Shown: positions 1 through 14,755 of the stretch, one piece after another
Position numbering within the stretch: position 1 is the stretch's first letter
How the letters are laid out: every line of letters begins with the position of its first letter
From: the human T2T-CHM13v2.0 reference genome, Homo sapiens
Assembly: GCF_009914755.1 (NCBI RefSeq)
Contig: NC_060925.1
Direction: 5' to 3' (one strand)
DNA: 64,000 bases
Translations under genes and position numbers: made by a program
Notes under the pieces: model-generated
Told to the model about the DNA's origin: nothing
Database searches by the model: none
What the model saw: only the letters and a program-made list of their open reading frames with translations

Positions 1-789
1 TTGTAAAGAAGTCACCAAGCTCTGATTTTTGTGCAAATAAACTTTATGGTTTGCCATTGAAAAAACTATTACTCCAAGATCAACTTTCAGAATTCAACAA
101 AACGAGGACCCCTGTCTCTCAACACACTATCATGCCCCACAGATGACTAAAGAACACAGTGGGCTCGTGCTTTACATGAGGTAATGCCACATGGATCACA
201 CCCTGTCTGTTAGAAGGAAACACTAGAGGATGAGAGCCGATCAGGTTGCAGGCTCCAGAGACCTCCCATTCTTCTCTGTCGAAAGCCAAAGAAATGGCAA
301 ATTTAACCCAATTTGAAAATGATTTGAGTCCTCGCTGACCTGGGGAATTTCATTCAGCAGATAACTCCTTAATGCATATAAACAGGGTTGTATAAGCAAG
401 ACTGAGAGATTCCCACCATGAGCATTTTGATGTGAGTCTCTTGAGCTTGGGAATAAGTCTCAAATAACTCATCAATTAAGGAAGGAAAAAACTCTGAAGT
501 TAGTTGTTTTGCATCAAGGAGACAGAACAACTGGTTGATTGTTAGATGTTTCTGCTTCTCCATTAGTCCTTCTGGTGTTTGAAGATGATGAATCAATAAA
601 GAATCTGAGGGGCTCTCTGGAGTCTCAATGCATCTGTTATCAGAGCAGAGACTGGCAAAACTATGTAAAAGCCTGTGGAGCTATTCATAGATTCATGTCG
701 GCTCATAAATGAGGAGCGGAATGACTGTACAAGTCAAAATATGATAGCCTCACAGGGTGCTGCTATTGAAATTGAGACATGTACATTAA

Positions 790-918
790 AGTAATTAGTA
801 CACTGAAGTATTATTTGTTCCTAAGAAATGGGACTACGTAGCAGACTTTTAATTTCTTCTTATATGTCTCGGTATTTCCAAAGTTTCTGCAAATGTACAG
901 CAAATTGCTTTTGTAAGA
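790..918 (+). mobile_element. Old L1 (L1ME-type) 3' end remnant
   Basis: tgggactac...tttaatttcttcttatatgtctcggtatttccaaagtttctgcaaatg...cttttgtaagaa resembles the L1ME 3' terminus; boundaries approximate. Confidence 0.5.
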
Positions 919-1069
919 AGCTGAGCATAGTGATGCATGTCTGTAGTCTCAGCTACTCAGGAGGCTGAGATGGGAGGATCACATGAGCCTGGGAGCTCGA
1001 GGCCAGCTTGGACAACATAGTGAGAACCCATCTCATTTTTTGAAAAAATTAAAATTAAAAAATTAAAAC
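919..1069 (+). mobile_element. Alu monomer (FLAM_A-like)
   Basis: Single monomer: tgtagtctcagctactcaggaggctgag...gaggccagcttggacaacatagtgagaacccatctc plus A-rich tail. Confidence 0.85.
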
Positions 1070-1339
1070 TTTTATTTAAAGAAATAGCCTTCAGAGTTTA
1101 AAAAATAAAGATACTCTATATAAACTGAAATAGTGAGTGGAAAACAACAATGAAATCCAATGAATGTAAAGTTATGTGTTACGTATGCTTCAGAGAAGTC
1201 TCTGGCAAAACAGCAAGAGAAGCAAGTTCTAGCTGAAAAGTTTGTATTCAAGAGACAAAGAGAGCAAGAGAGAAAGGGAGGGAGAAAAGGAGTGTTTAAA
1301 AAGTAAACAAAAAGGAAGACTGTTAAAATGAGTTGACTC

Positions 1340-1850
1340 AAATTTCAAAATTAGCCTACAAGTTTGACCTGGCTATTAAAGGCCATGGCAGTTAATAGAA
1401 TATGAGGTACCATTAGCACATCAAAGGAAGGAAGCTCCGTATCCTCTGCACCACTCAGCCCAATCTGTAGTACCACATTTTAAGAAAACTGTCAAAATGG
1501 ATTGTATTTGGAAGAAAGCAACCTCGATGGTGAAAAAGGTCTGGAAAATGTCTTTAGAAAAGGATGGTTAAAGGAATTCAGCAAATTTAACTTGAAAACT
1601 GGATATATGCAGTAGCAATCAAATGTTGTGGACAGACTCAAAAAAGAAAAAAAAAAGGATCAGCCTAATTCTAGACTGGTTGTTCCTTAGACAATGAGTT
1701 TGTCTCTTCTGGGAATATGAAAGGCAATGGCGGGAAACACAGACCCTCAGTCCCTGGAGTGTTAAGGGGCAGCTCTCTAAAGAGAATGTTCACGAACCCT
1801 CCTGCTAAACTGAGGAGTAACAAGGTCCCTTTCTCTCTTGATTCTTATTG
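1340..1850 (+). mobile_element. L3/CR1 LINE remnant
   Basis: gaaagcaacctcgatggtgaaaaaggtctggaaaatgtc...ggttaaaggaattc and terminal aaggtccctt...gattct resemble the CR1/L3 3' region. Confidence 0.55.
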
Positions 1851-2440
1851 TTCAACATTGCCAGGCTCTCGAGATATCTTTGCAGTTGATTTTCACTTTA
1901 TAACATTTTATAGTTAGCAAGAAATTAACTAACAAAGACTTTGGCTCTAAGAATCAGGCTAGATGCTGTTATTTAAGGGAGTGGTGCTTAAATGCGGCCA
2001 ATTTAATGCGTTTATTTTGTGTACCAGTTAGGTCATTCATAGCTGCTGTAACAACAACAACAACAAAAACCCTGATATTTTATTGGCTTCCAAGGTTATC
2101 TTGGCCAGTGACTCCCTATCAGCAGATAAAGAAAGAAAAAGAGAATTGCACATGGGTGGTTTTTCTGAGCCACACCTGGAAATGTGCATACATCAGATCC
2201 ACCCACTTTCTATTTGCCAGAACTCAACCATCTGCAATCCCAGGAGACACTCCCTGGAGAGAACTCCCTTTTCCATTGCTCTTGTAGGCCTTGTCTCTGA
2301 TTTCAGAGAGGGACTTCCATACATGCTATCCTCCAAAACAACACAGGAAGTAGGAGAGCCTGGTCTTCTTAGAGACAGTACAATTTTCACAGTTCACTTC
2401 CCATTTGGCAGCCCAAGAGTTCTAAGATGTAAATCATTAA

Positions 2441-2812
<372 letters not shown>

Positions 2813-2949
2813 CTTAGTAGATTTTGTATCTATTTGTTCCAGACAAGTTCGTGTGCCAGTAAACACCCAAATTTGTTTTTGCTAGATATAATTCTGAAAC
2901 CTGCTTTATCTTTCTGACTTGTTGCCACCCTCCCTCTCCTCACCATGCC

Positions 2950-3375
2950 TATTTCTCTCAAATTTCTAGACACCGGGTCTAGAAGCAATTGGCCTTTACA
3001 ATGTCTTAAGCCCCCACATTTTGTTCCTACATTTTTTTTAAAATTTCTGCTTGTTAACCAGCCAGTTCTTGCCGCAGCTCATATCTTTCTTTGAATAACT
3101 AATCAATAATTAACACACTCTAATAATATTCCATTTTCCAATTTATTTTCCTAGAGCTGTATACTTTGTCTTCACTTTGTCTGTTTTCCGAGCTCTCATA
3201 GGATAATGGCTTTACCAAATGCATTGCCACCAAATAGGATGAGTCTTTATCTTTCCAGATTCCAATATCAATTACCCTACTGCCCATTGCCAGGAAACCA
3301 AATGCTAAGTCAGTGTCACATATTTTGACTTTGATGCTATCACATCACTTTTGATATCAAATTCTATATTACGTA
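2950..3375 (-). mobile_element. ERVL-MaLR internal-sequence remnant
   Basis: cacatcacttttgatatcaaattctatatta resembles the antisense MaLR int/LTR junction (ccacttctggtaccaatttctgtatta); heavily diverged. Confidence 0.4.
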
Positions 3376-4048
3376 AGGTGATCGTAGTTTTTTTATCCTC
3401 AAACATAGTGTATTTCATATTTTGCTGAGGAAAGTATCAATATGTCTTGAGAGAATTGATAAGCACAGTTTAAGAGTTAAAGATAACATGAATAATAAAA
3501 TGATTACAGGATCTTTAGAATTTGAGCAAAGTGACAGTTCCAAATAAAATCTTAAATGTAGATAAGCATTGGCTCTAGAATTTCAGGAGACCACAGTTTT
3601 GCTATCTCGAAGAGCTAGTCTAATCCTGAAATCACACTTTATGAGCTGATTCTGCCTCTTTAAATTTGAATTGCATTTCAAGGTTTCAGAGAGCAGAAGT
3701 CATAGTGAACTGACTTCCCTAAAAATTCTGTCCAGCAAACTAATACTAAAATTTCACTCAGCTGTCATGAGGGAGTTAGTTAGAATAGCTTAGGTAGGAA
3801 AAAAATAAATAAAAGAAGAAAGGAAAAAAAACCTTACTTTTAATACTCCATTTCTATGCTATATAGAAGTTTAGGCGTGCCAATGTAAAACTTCAGCAAC
3901 ACAAGCAAAGATCAGCAACCAGGAAAGAAGGCAAAGAGACCCATGAATTACATGAAATGATGCTATTCTACCAACAAAGGAAAATATATGAAAATTTGCT
4001 CAAGTGTATCCTGGAAATCCTAAGCAGTCTGAATGCAGATGACCTACA

Positions 4049-4275
4049 AGCATTTTTGAACACTTACTATGTACCAGACATTAAACTAGATGGTAATATG
4101 TACATTAACTTATTTCATCCTTTGCAGTATACAGCACTGGCCTAACTTTTATAGTTAAAAACACTGAGAAGTTACATGATTTTCCAAAGTCTCAGCTAAG
4201 TTAGGAAGGCAAGGTCAGCATAATTTTAACCCTGCTCGTTTTAACTCTTGAATTTCTTTTTTCCTCTCTACCAGG
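4049..4275 (-). mobile_element. MIR SINE
   Basis: ttgaacacttactatgtaccagaca...cactgagaagttacatgattttccaaagtc matches antisense MIR core. Confidence 0.7.
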
Positions 4276-4914
4276 CCCTTTATTGTTCATCCTTCTAGCA
4301 TGCTTTGTCAGCTCATGAACTGGCACCTGATTTCCCCACCGTTTCCTATCCTTGGGATGTCACTGCCAGGGACATAAAGGTCAGGGTCTGTAACTTTCCC
4401 AAGGATCTTCTGCTTCTACTCAAACTGAAGTGAAAAACTCAGAATCAGATTTTCCCATAGCAACAACAACAAAAAAAAATACAAAGCCAAACCAATATGC
4501 AGTGAGAGAGGGTAGGAAGAGGGTTCCTGCTAAGAGATATCAAAAGAACACATTTTTAAATAACTTCCTTCCATACATTTTAATAAAGAAGTTACCTATA
4601 TATTTTTAAACATTGTCTCTTACTTGAGTGGTGGAGGTGGGAAAGAGCAATAATGAAAAAATTCAACACCTTATAGTGTATCTTATGCCTTTCCACATGA
4701 AATCAAACTTCTATAGGAAAAGTTATCTCCCTCTTTATTGCAGAAGGTACAGTCACTTAAAGGCAGTATTACTTTTCCTATTTTTCTAAAAGCATTACAG
4801 CCAAGATATTCCAAATGGATTAATCTCTTGAAGCTGAACCCAGTGAAATATAAATGAGAAGCCATTTACAGAACTGGAAGTGTATGCCTGGTGCATTTTT
4901 CTCTTTAAAAATCT

Positions 4915-5062
4915 AACATAAAGTCTCAATTATGCAAGATGAATAAGTTCTAGAGATCTGCTGTACATCATCATGTCTATAGTTAACAATACTGTATTAT
5001 ACACATAAAAATTTGTTAAGAGCATAGATATCATGTTAAGTGCTCTTACCACAATAAAAAAT
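4915..5062 (+). mobile_element. L1MA/MB-type 3' terminal fragment
   Basis: gatgaataagttctagagatctgctgtaca...gttaacaatactgtatt...atcatgttaagtgctcttaccacaataaaaa. Confidence 0.85.
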
Positions 5063-5219
5063 ATCCCAACATTGGATGAAATGAAGAAGGGTATATGTCA
5101 AAAATAGGTCAGGACATTCTTGCTTCGTAATTTGAGAGGTCTTAAGAATGTACTCTTAAGGAACCAATAATGACAGCCTGCCTAACTGGAAATCTTCCTC
5201 TTTATGTAATGATGAAAGG

Positions 5220-5870
5220 TTATTTTTAAAGAAGTTGGAATTAGATACTAAAGTAATCTTTTAACATCTTTTGTCAATGTAGGAGAGTTTCTAAGAGGTG
5301 AATGCCAGTCAATCACTTTTCATGTCTGTAGTGATAAAACAAAGGGAAGAGGTTTAAATTACACTTGAAGCGCTTTCGTATCAACCTAGGAGAGAGCCTT
5401 CTTGAGGTTGATAAAGCACTCATTTAGAATACTGAGAAATGTGGTAAAGCCTTTATGCTTAGAGATCAACAAAATTAAATAGGGCCAGGTGCAAGCTCAT
5501 GCCTGTAATCCCAGAAGGTTGGAGGCTAAGGCAATAGGATCACATGAGACCAGAAGTTCAAAATCGACTGGGAAAACTAGCAAGACCCTGTCTCTACTAA
5601 AAATAAAAAAAAATCAGCCAGGCATGATGACATGCACCTGTAGTTCCAGCTACTTGAGAGGCTAAAGTAGGAAGATCACTTGAGCCCAGGAGTTTGAGGC
5701 TGCAGTAAGCTATAATCACACCACTGCCACTGCACTCCAGACTGGACGACAGAACAAGACCCCATCTCTTAAAAAACAATTTTACTAGATAAGCATCCTT
5801 CCCTAAAGTCATGGGGGCAAGAAAAAATGTTTTCATAAGGTTCTACCACCCAGCTCTAACTCCATAAAAT
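5220..5870 (+). mobile_element. L3/CR1 remnant interrupted by an Alu
   Basis: aaaacaaagggaagaggtttaaattac...ctaggagagagccttcttg...tgagaaatgtggtaaagcc matches the CR1 3' pattern; resumes after the Alu. Confidence 0.5.
5482..5778 (+). mobile_element. AluJ, full length
   Basis: Dimeric Alu with gatcacttgagcccaggagtttgaggctgcagt (J diagnostic). Confidence 0.92.
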
Positions 5871-6099
5871 GAGTATCTCCCAAAAGTTCATGAAAGCAGA
5901 TGATTTTTTTAAATATATTTTCTTTGTAAAGTCAGGGCTGAAATTCAAACTTAAGACAGAATGGTTTTAATGTCTTTTTTGATTATACCGGAAAGTGATG
6001 AAATGGTCCTCTCTGAAAATAATTACTTACTTTAAAGATCAAATTTAAAATAATCACATCTATGGACCCCAGGAAGTAGGATTCATTCATGTTTCCCCT

Positions 6100-6326
6100 C
6101 AATGATGTGGAGCTGGCTCATATCAGGTCATAAGAGCCAACTGTGTGCATCTCTTCCCAACTCCACAAACAGTTTCTTCACAATGGTAGCTTGAAATCAG
6201 TTATAGTATCAATATTTATACCATGGAAATTAGCAAACACTAAAAAAGCAAAGGTCGGGCGGGGGTGTTCAGTGGCTGTTATTTTCCAGAAAGCTAGTTG
6301 TTAAATATTTTGCAGTGTATCACTGT
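6100..6326 (+). mobile_element. MER63A-like hAT DNA transposon
   Basis: gagccaactgtgtgcatctcttcccaactcc...ggtagcttgaaatcag...gttgttaaatattttgcagtgtatcactg. Confidence 0.8.
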
Positions 6327-6374
6327 TTCCTATTGCGTTTCAAAAGAGAAACATTAACTTCCTGCTTAGCAGAG

Positions 6375-6545
6375 ATTCTACTGTACTACCTTTGGCAAAT
6401 TACTTAATCCCTCTAAGTCCCTCTGCGTCCTCATTTTTGAAATAAAAATAATAATTCCTGCTTCACTGAATTGTTTTTAGCAGCAACTGGGTTGATTAGT
6501 GTGAAGTATTAAGCACAGTGCCTGCACTTAGGAAGGAGTTGGCTA
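6375..6545 (+). mobile_element. MIR SINE
   Basis: cctttggcaaattacttaatccctctaag...cctcatttttgaaataaaaataataat...agcacagtgcctg. Confidence 0.75.
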
Positions 6546-6909
6546 TAGTGACGATAGCGGTGGCACCAGGGTGATGTGCTAGTAATAGGCATCGTCATGG
6601 TGCCAGCAGTATCCATCTCATAGTCAGTGTTTCAAAAACTACTGTGGATATTGATTTTTAAGCACCATTATTGCAGATTTTGAGACGGATTCTAAGTTTC
6701 TGATACTCAAAACAAAATAGGTAGCATCAAGTTGAATAGAAATGATTTGCCTTCAAACTGCCTGAAATCCCTATCCTTTATAAATAATTGTATTTATCTG
6801 GGTCACTTAATTTTGTGTTTCTAAAATCACCAAATTGTATCACCTGAGGAATTGCCAGGGCAGAAGTATAAGAAACTTTATTCCTATCCCAGGCCTTTTA
6901 AATATATCT

Positions 6910-7098
6910 CAGTGGTTTTCAAACTTTCATATGAATCAGAATCATTTGGAGGGCTTGTTAAAGCACAGATTGTTGGACCCTACCCTCAGAGTTTCTGATT
7001 CAGTGAGTCCAAGGTGTCAGCTAAAGGGCTGAATTTCCAACAAGTTCCTAGGTGACGCAGATGCTACTAGTCCTAGACCCAAGCTTTGAGAACCACTG
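6910..7098. mobile_element. MER5A hAT MITE
   Basis: TIRs cagtggttttcaaa / ttgagaaccactg; internal cagagtttctgattcagt. Confidence 0.92.
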
Positions 7099-7207
7099 CT
7101 CTATTTCATCCTCCACTCTGAAATGGCCCATTATCTTTGTACCAAATTAGTGCTTGTTAGTGGCCCTTACCTTCAGGGTACTGGCTTTCCCAGGGGATAC
7201 CCTGGTC

Positions 7208-7748
7208 TCTGTCAGTATGTTTGGCTGCATTTTGGGATTTAATCATCCCAAAATGTAGTCATTTAAAAAATTATTATTGTTGTTAATGAGTCTATGATTC
7301 AGCAAAATGTTTCTGATTTGAGCCAATTCAGTTGATATCCAGCTGGGCTTAATCATGCATCTGGGGTCAACTGGCCAAAGGCTGGCTGATCCCAGATTTT
7401 CTCACGTGTCTGATGGTTGACTGACTGTCCATTGTGGTGACAACAGTGACCAGGCCAAGTGTTGCTCATCATCTAGTAGGCCAGTGCAAGCTGATTTCTA
7501 TGACAGTGATGAGATTCCAAGAAGAAAAACAGAAGCATTTTGGTCTCCTGAGACCTAGGCGTAACACTGTCATAATTTTATTCCCCCTGCATTCTGTTGG
7601 CCAAAGCAAGTCAAAAGACCAGCCCAAATTCCAGAGCTGAGGAACTAGATTCCATCCCTGATGAGAAGAGCTACAAACTCACTTTGCAAAGGATGTGGCT
7701 GAAGGGAAGGATGGAAAATAGGGATCATTTTGTGATAATTTCTCACAA
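7208..7748 (-). mobile_element. MLT1 (G/H-type) MaLR LTR
   Basis: ctgcattctgttggccaaagcaagtca...cagcccaaattc...gatgagaagagctacaaa matches antisense MLT1. Confidence 0.75.
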
Positions 7749-9762
7749 TCCCTTCTGCAAGTAAAACACTAGTTAACCCAGTTGATATGCTAAAAAATGG
7801 CCAGATACATCTAAATGCTAAGGTGAAAAACAGCTTGTATTCTCTAGCTGAGATTTCTACTATATAAATTACAGCTGTTTGAGTATGCATTACCTCTTCT
7901 TACGTCTGAGGATAACGAAAACATCCCCCAAAACATAGTTCTCCATACCATGTATTCCAGGGCCAAACTTCTGCTTCTCAGGTATAACTGGATCCTGTCG
8001 GCTCCTGCATGTGCCCAACAGACCACCTACCATTTGTTTAATCTTGAAAGAGGGTTGCTACATAATAGACTTACCACATAATTACAAAATATTTTCCCCA
8101 GATTCCTATATCTCCCTCCTCCAGTTTGCTCTTAAATGTATTTGTATTTTAATAACATTTTCCAAAGACACTGCACTAAAAAAAATTAGATGAGTGTTTC
8201 TAAAACAACACTTTGATCTTACTTCCCAGATGAAATCTCCCCAACTCCATTTAACTCTAATTTCATTTTAAAATGCCATGTATTGTTTCCTTAATAGAAA
8301 GAATGCCAACATTACCACAGGAAAAGGTCAAAGAGATGAGAAGACTCAGTGAGCCATGTCATATTTATGCTGCATGTGGATATTTTTTCTTCTTTATTTT
8401 TTTGCTATTGACATTAGCCTTTGAAAATGCTTTAACAAATTTAAAATTATAGTTGCCTATTGGGATTTATTAAAATATCTATGGAAGCCAGAACTCATTT
8501 TTAACACTTTATGCTCTTATAGGAAAATCCTCCCTAAGATCAGGCTCCAAATGGTAATATTATGGAAAAAATTCCATAAATGAATGAATATTGTATGTAG
8601 CAACCCTGGAAGTTTGCTGATGAATATTGCTAGAGTATCTACTGGAGCAAACCAATCTGTAGGATCTCTTCCCTTCCTTTCCTCCACGTTTCCCTTCCTG
8701 TATGCCTCCTTTTATACAAAGGTATATCAAGATTCATCTTTGATGAAAAAAAAATCACAAAAGAGCAATATATCTCCTGACACAGGAATCTGTGTAAATG
8801 GAGTGGATCGGTTCTTTCCATTTCACTTTGGTGAGAGTTAGAAGGGAATACATGAGCTCATTGTGTGTGTAGTGGATATGAGATTTCTTGGTTACAATGT
8901 TGCAAAAGTAAAGCTCTATTTTCTACCACTGATCTCTACTCTGGTTCCTCCATTACGGCTCAGAAACAGAAAAATCTAGTACAACATAATCTAACTCAAA
9001 ACTCAATTTAAACTCAGTTATTTTTTAAAGGAGTTTTCAAAGCTTATTCTGCACTCCCACTCACATCACACTCTATGGAAGGCATGGAAAATTTGGACAA
9101 TCAGGTACAACAAGTAAGTATATGGTGAACAAGACAGGGAGCGGGGTAGTATATTCTCATTCTTGGTATGATTTTGCTCATCTTCTCAGGTACATGGGCA
9201 TTTGACTGTACATAAAGAATAAATACCTGATACAGACTCAGGCAAGTAGTGTTCGATAGCCACCCAACTGGGTCTCTGTGCAACTTCCTGGCCTGAATGA
9301 TCCTATGGTAGCATGGACACAGCCCCCACCACCAGTGATCAGTCTCCTGCATAGACTTCATTCATGAAGTGTGCTCACTTTGCCTAGTGGCCTCTTGGAT
9401 CCTGTTCACAGCTAATGTCTTTGCTTCATATTCTGAGTCCAAGGAAACTCATGGACACTTGCCATCCATGTAAGGAGCTCAGGTTATTAACTAGCCTACC
9501 TCTTATCAATTTCTGCCACGGTGCTTCTCAAGCTCCCCAACTTTATGGGGATATAGGCCCAGCATCTTTCCAATCTGTCCATGGAATAACATGTGTGTGT
9601 GTAGTGGTTTAAAATATTTAACTTTACATTAATTTTTAAACCACATTCACATGTTTATGCAGCCTAAGTAAAACTCAAAAGGAAAAATATTCCTGTAGTT
9701 ATTGACCCAAGAAAATCCAAATCTATTAATATATGGAAAATGAGAATTAAAAATGAAAATTC

Positions 9763-10065
9763 AGGCTGGGCAATGTGGCCCATGCCTATGATCCCAATGC
9801 TTGGAGAGGCTGAGGCAGGAGGACTGCTTGAGCCCAAGAGTTCAAAACCAGACTGAGCAACGTCACAAGACCCTCGACTCTACAGAAAATTTAAAAATTA
9901 GCCAGGCGTGGTGGTGCACACCTGTAGTCTTAGCTACTCAGGAGCCTGAGATGGGAGGATTGCATGAGCCCAAAAGTTTGAGACTGTGGTGAGCTATGAT
10001 TGTACCACTGCACTCCAGCCCACGTGACGGAGCAAGAACCTGTCTCTAAAGAGAGAGAAAGAGAG
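9763..10065 (+). mobile_element. AluJ, full length
   Basis: Dimeric Alu with J features and a (GA)-rich tail. Confidence 0.92.
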
Positions 10066-10098
10066 ATAATTCACCTTATATATTAGGTATGAAAAATT

Positions 10099-10433
<335 letters not shown>

Positions 10434-10689
10434 TTATGACTGGACAAAATGTCCTAATTTTTCCTTAACAGATTCACACATAAATTTAAATTACACAATA
10501 AGAATTCCTCGTGTACTTAAATTGGTCATGGTAGGCAGGTGAGTAGGAGTTCTGCAAAGAGATAACTGCATCAATAAGCTTGAAATATGTTTAATTAAAG
10601 GATTTTCCTCTGCTATGAATTTCAGACCCTATAGTCTATAGATTCAGCTCTACTGTAATTGCTCTGAGAGTAATCATGATCTCTCTCTA

Positions 10690-10815
10690 GAGAGACAGTA
10701 AGCTTCACTGGGACAGGTACATTGTCTCATATTTCTTCAGATGCCTCAGCAAAAAATATAAAATTGAACACATACTAAGTGAATTCATAAGTATTGATGA
10801 TTGCTTGATTAATTG
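10690..10815 (+). mobile_element. L2 3' end remnant
   Basis: cagtaagcttcactgggacagg...ataagtattgatgattgcttgattaattga. Confidence 0.5.
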
Positions 10816-11865
10816 AGAACCTAAAATTCAGAAAATTCCTGTAGGAAAAAGACATCTTTTGTTAGGATGATCTTATATCTGGATCATATTCTTCCTCAGT
10901 CAACGCTTCATCTCTGAATTTATGAAAAAGATATTTCCACATTTGTGGAATTGGATTAAGATAAGAGAACATAGTTGATGAGTGCTACATTTTTAAAGAA
11001 AATATGTTAACCCCACAGCCATGAAAGCTCTTATCCGTGACAGGAAGATTGATTAGACCATATCAATGAGCTATTGGGAAGGTAAGAATAATAAATAATA
11101 AATAAATAAAAGATCCTTTCAACAAAACAGAAAGCTGCAAATATATAACAATGCATAGTTTATTTCCTTTTATGTGTTAGAAGTTTGTGAAACAAAATGA
11201 CAAATTTTTTGTAACATAGACAGAGCTGCAAACTTGGGAAGCAAACCTCTTTGTAGCAACCATTAAAATCACTATAAATTTTTAGCATACTCTGGAGCGG
11301 TGTTTCCCAGTGAGTTTTGTTTAAAATATTAATAGTCATTACGTGGACCAAAAAAAAGCCCAGTGTCAAATAATTCGGGAAATACTGGATTAAATAAAAT
11401 TAAACAGGTTTCTTAAGTGCAGGACTTCTCAAAGCCTTACCTATGCTAATGAGCATAATGAATCTGAGAGACAGAGTTATAATGAGTACAATTCCAAAAC
11501 TTAAGAAATACTGTCCCTCAGAAGGAAAAGGTTTGCATTTCTGAAGAAAAATAAATGCATTTGCAAGACCTAGACATTTAAAATAGTGAACATGGTTCAA
11601 ACATGCATCAAAGGATTGATTTTAATACTTTTAGGTATCTTTTAGGTATTAAGTCCATCTAAACGGTTTGAATCCATCTGTCAAATAGCAGAATCTACAC
11701 TATTCTAAACATTTACCATTTGTAAATATCTGGATACTTGGCTTTCTTTAAATAAAAAAGCTTAGCTGGTGGGCCGAACTTTTCACTGTAGTCACAGGCA
11801 CAATCTATATAATAGGTATCATTTTTAAAAAGAAAGAAAAAAGTCATAGTTTCTACTATGTAAGG

Positions 11866-12280
11866 TTTATTTATTTATTCACTCAACAAGTATTTACTGA
11901 GCACCTACTGTGTACTAGGCATCCTTCCAGGGCTGAGGCTACAGTGGTGAGGAGGAAGGGACCCAGGGAAGATATAAATAATACATAAGGAAGCAAGATA
12001 ATTTCAAATGATCCATGAATTTAATAGAACAGGGCTACAAAGAGAGAGAAACCAGATGGATACTTTCGTTTGAATGATCAGGGAATGTGTTGCTGTGGAG
12101 GTCATAATTTATATGCAACTGAATGATTCATATGAGACAACCAGCAAAGATATGGGGAAGAATATTCCAGCCAGATGAAACAAATGTCAAGCCCTAAGGT
12201 AGAAACATGCTTGGCATTTCCAAGGATCAAATAATCTGGCTGTGTGGCAAGGGCATAGTAGGGAGAGGCAGATGATAGGT
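11866..12280 (-). mobile_element. L2 LINE 3' fragment
   Basis: ttattcactcaacaagtatttactgagcacctactgtgtactaggc (antisense L2 terminus); gggaagaatattccag. Confidence 0.85.
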
Positions 12281-12354
12281 ACTGATTTAACAGGCTATGT
12301 GAGAGTACCCTAGGATTCTACAGGACCCACAGTAAGTGCTCAATTTGTTAAGGC

Positions 12355-12396
12355 AATGATGATGATGATGATGACGACGATGACAATGACAATGAT
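12355..12396. repeat. Imperfect (GAT/GAC)n trinucleotide tract
   Basis: atgatgatgatgatgatgacgacgatgacaatgacaatgatg, following a MIR 3' end fragment. Confidence 0.85.
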
Positions 12397-12423
12397 GTTT
12401 TAGAAATAGAAATAAAATAGAAT

Positions 12424-12426
<3 letters not shown>

Positions 12427-12470
<44 letters not shown>

Positions 12471-12478
12471 CGCGCGCG
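12427..12478. repeat. Compound microsatellite (CT)14(CG)12
   Basis: Counted directly: CT x14 at 12427-12454, CG x12 at 12455-12478. Confidence 0.98.
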
Positions 12479-12775
<297 letters not shown>

Positions 12776-12964
12776 AACTCTCTCAAATGTCAATGTCAGG
12801 AAATACTTTTGAGTAAACTTAGAGTTAAAATAAATGCCAGTGGTTCTTGACCTTTCTGTCATGATATACATTATATAAGTATTAGTCAAGGGAAGTAACA
12901 CTAATAAATAACAATTCATTTCTCTTAATGAATGAGAAATCACAATCTGAGAATCACAATCTGC

Positions 12965-13297
12965 TTTGATTTCACAGCTCTCCCCTGAGTGGTGATGGAA
13001 ACAGCCTGAAAGAGAGATTCAGGCTCTTTTCATCATGCTGCTCTGCCATCTTGGAACCCTCCATTTCTTGTCCCAAGCAAACAGGAAAGAGAAGAGAGAG
13101 TAAGGAAGGTACACCAGATACCTCATGATCTCCTAAAAGTAATATACACATTTCCTGCTCACACTTCACTGGTGTGCATTAGTCACATGATCCTATCTAG
13201 ATCCAAGGGCTGGGAAACATAGTCTTTCCGTGCACCACATAGGGAAAAGAAACAGTTTAGTGACTCCCTATAAGCACATTACACTGCCTTTGCCACA
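12965..13297 (-). mobile_element. MLT1 (J-type) MaLR LTR fragment
   Basis: cacatttcctgctcacacttcactgg...tagtcacatgatcc...caagggctgggaaacatagtct...tgccaca. Confidence 0.7.
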
Positions 13298-14004
13298 ATA
13301 TGCTTAATGTTATGGGCAGAGCCAGATTTTGAAAAAAAAAATTCACCCTCAAATTGGAAGAGAAGTATAACAAAGAGTGCAGCAAACTTTCTGAGAGATT
13401 TAAAAATCTCTCACTTCAGGCTGTGAAAACACCAGACAGATTCTGGGTTATCTTAACCTTTTCTTCCCATTCAAGAAAAGTTTATCCAATTCTCAGTGAT
13501 GGCCTTGAATTGGGCTGTAAACTATCTTTGTAATAAATTATTGGAAAGCTGTTTTAACTCTTTGTGAAAAAGCCTCAGGATGGTTTGCTACACAGTGTTG
13601 TGGGTAAACATCATGGTTAGGAGCCGCTAAATGTATCATATCATAGCATAATACACACACCAAACATAAAAGACTGTACTCATCACTGTCCAGTTCATTT
13701 GCCCATTCTTTCAATGATCACTTACTAAGCACCCACTATGTGCCTTTGGCAGTCATCTCAGGACCTTCATGGCTCAGGAACAGTTTTATCATCCTCATTC
13801 TGGAAGTCCAACCAGACTCCCTTCCCTGAGGCTTTCCCTCACGCTCCAAGAGGGTAGGAAGTGAGAGGTGAAGAGACAGAAGGCTTTTGTAGACTTCCAG
13901 GTCTGAGGCAACTGTGGAAATGCAAGTGGAGAGAAGATGTGGGCACCATTGCATTGGGAAAGAAGAAAACAGAGGACAATATGTAGGAACACAACATTTT
14001 TGAA

Positions 14005-14150
14005 GCAGTGGGACATTGCAACAGGAAAGTTATTTCATCTCCCTCGGCCTCAGTTTGCTTAACCATGAAATAAGTGTCAGGGTTGTGATGAGGATTAAAT
14101 GAAAAAATGCATATAGACACTTATGCCAGTGCCTATTTTCTAAATACATA
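14005..14150 (+). mobile_element. MIR SINE
   Basis: gcctcagtttgc...cagggttgtgatgaggattaaatga. Confidence 0.75.
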
Positions 14151-14205
14151 GTAGGGTAAATGGAGGATCTAGGTAGGAATCCAGGAAACATGTTCCGTGG
14201 GATTA

Positions 14206-14755
<550 letters not shown>

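Noticed and set aside
369-596. 75-aa minus-strand ORF with protein-like composition
   Set aside because: No family recognised, no canonical ATG start, and no poly(A)/TSD signature of a processed pseudogene.
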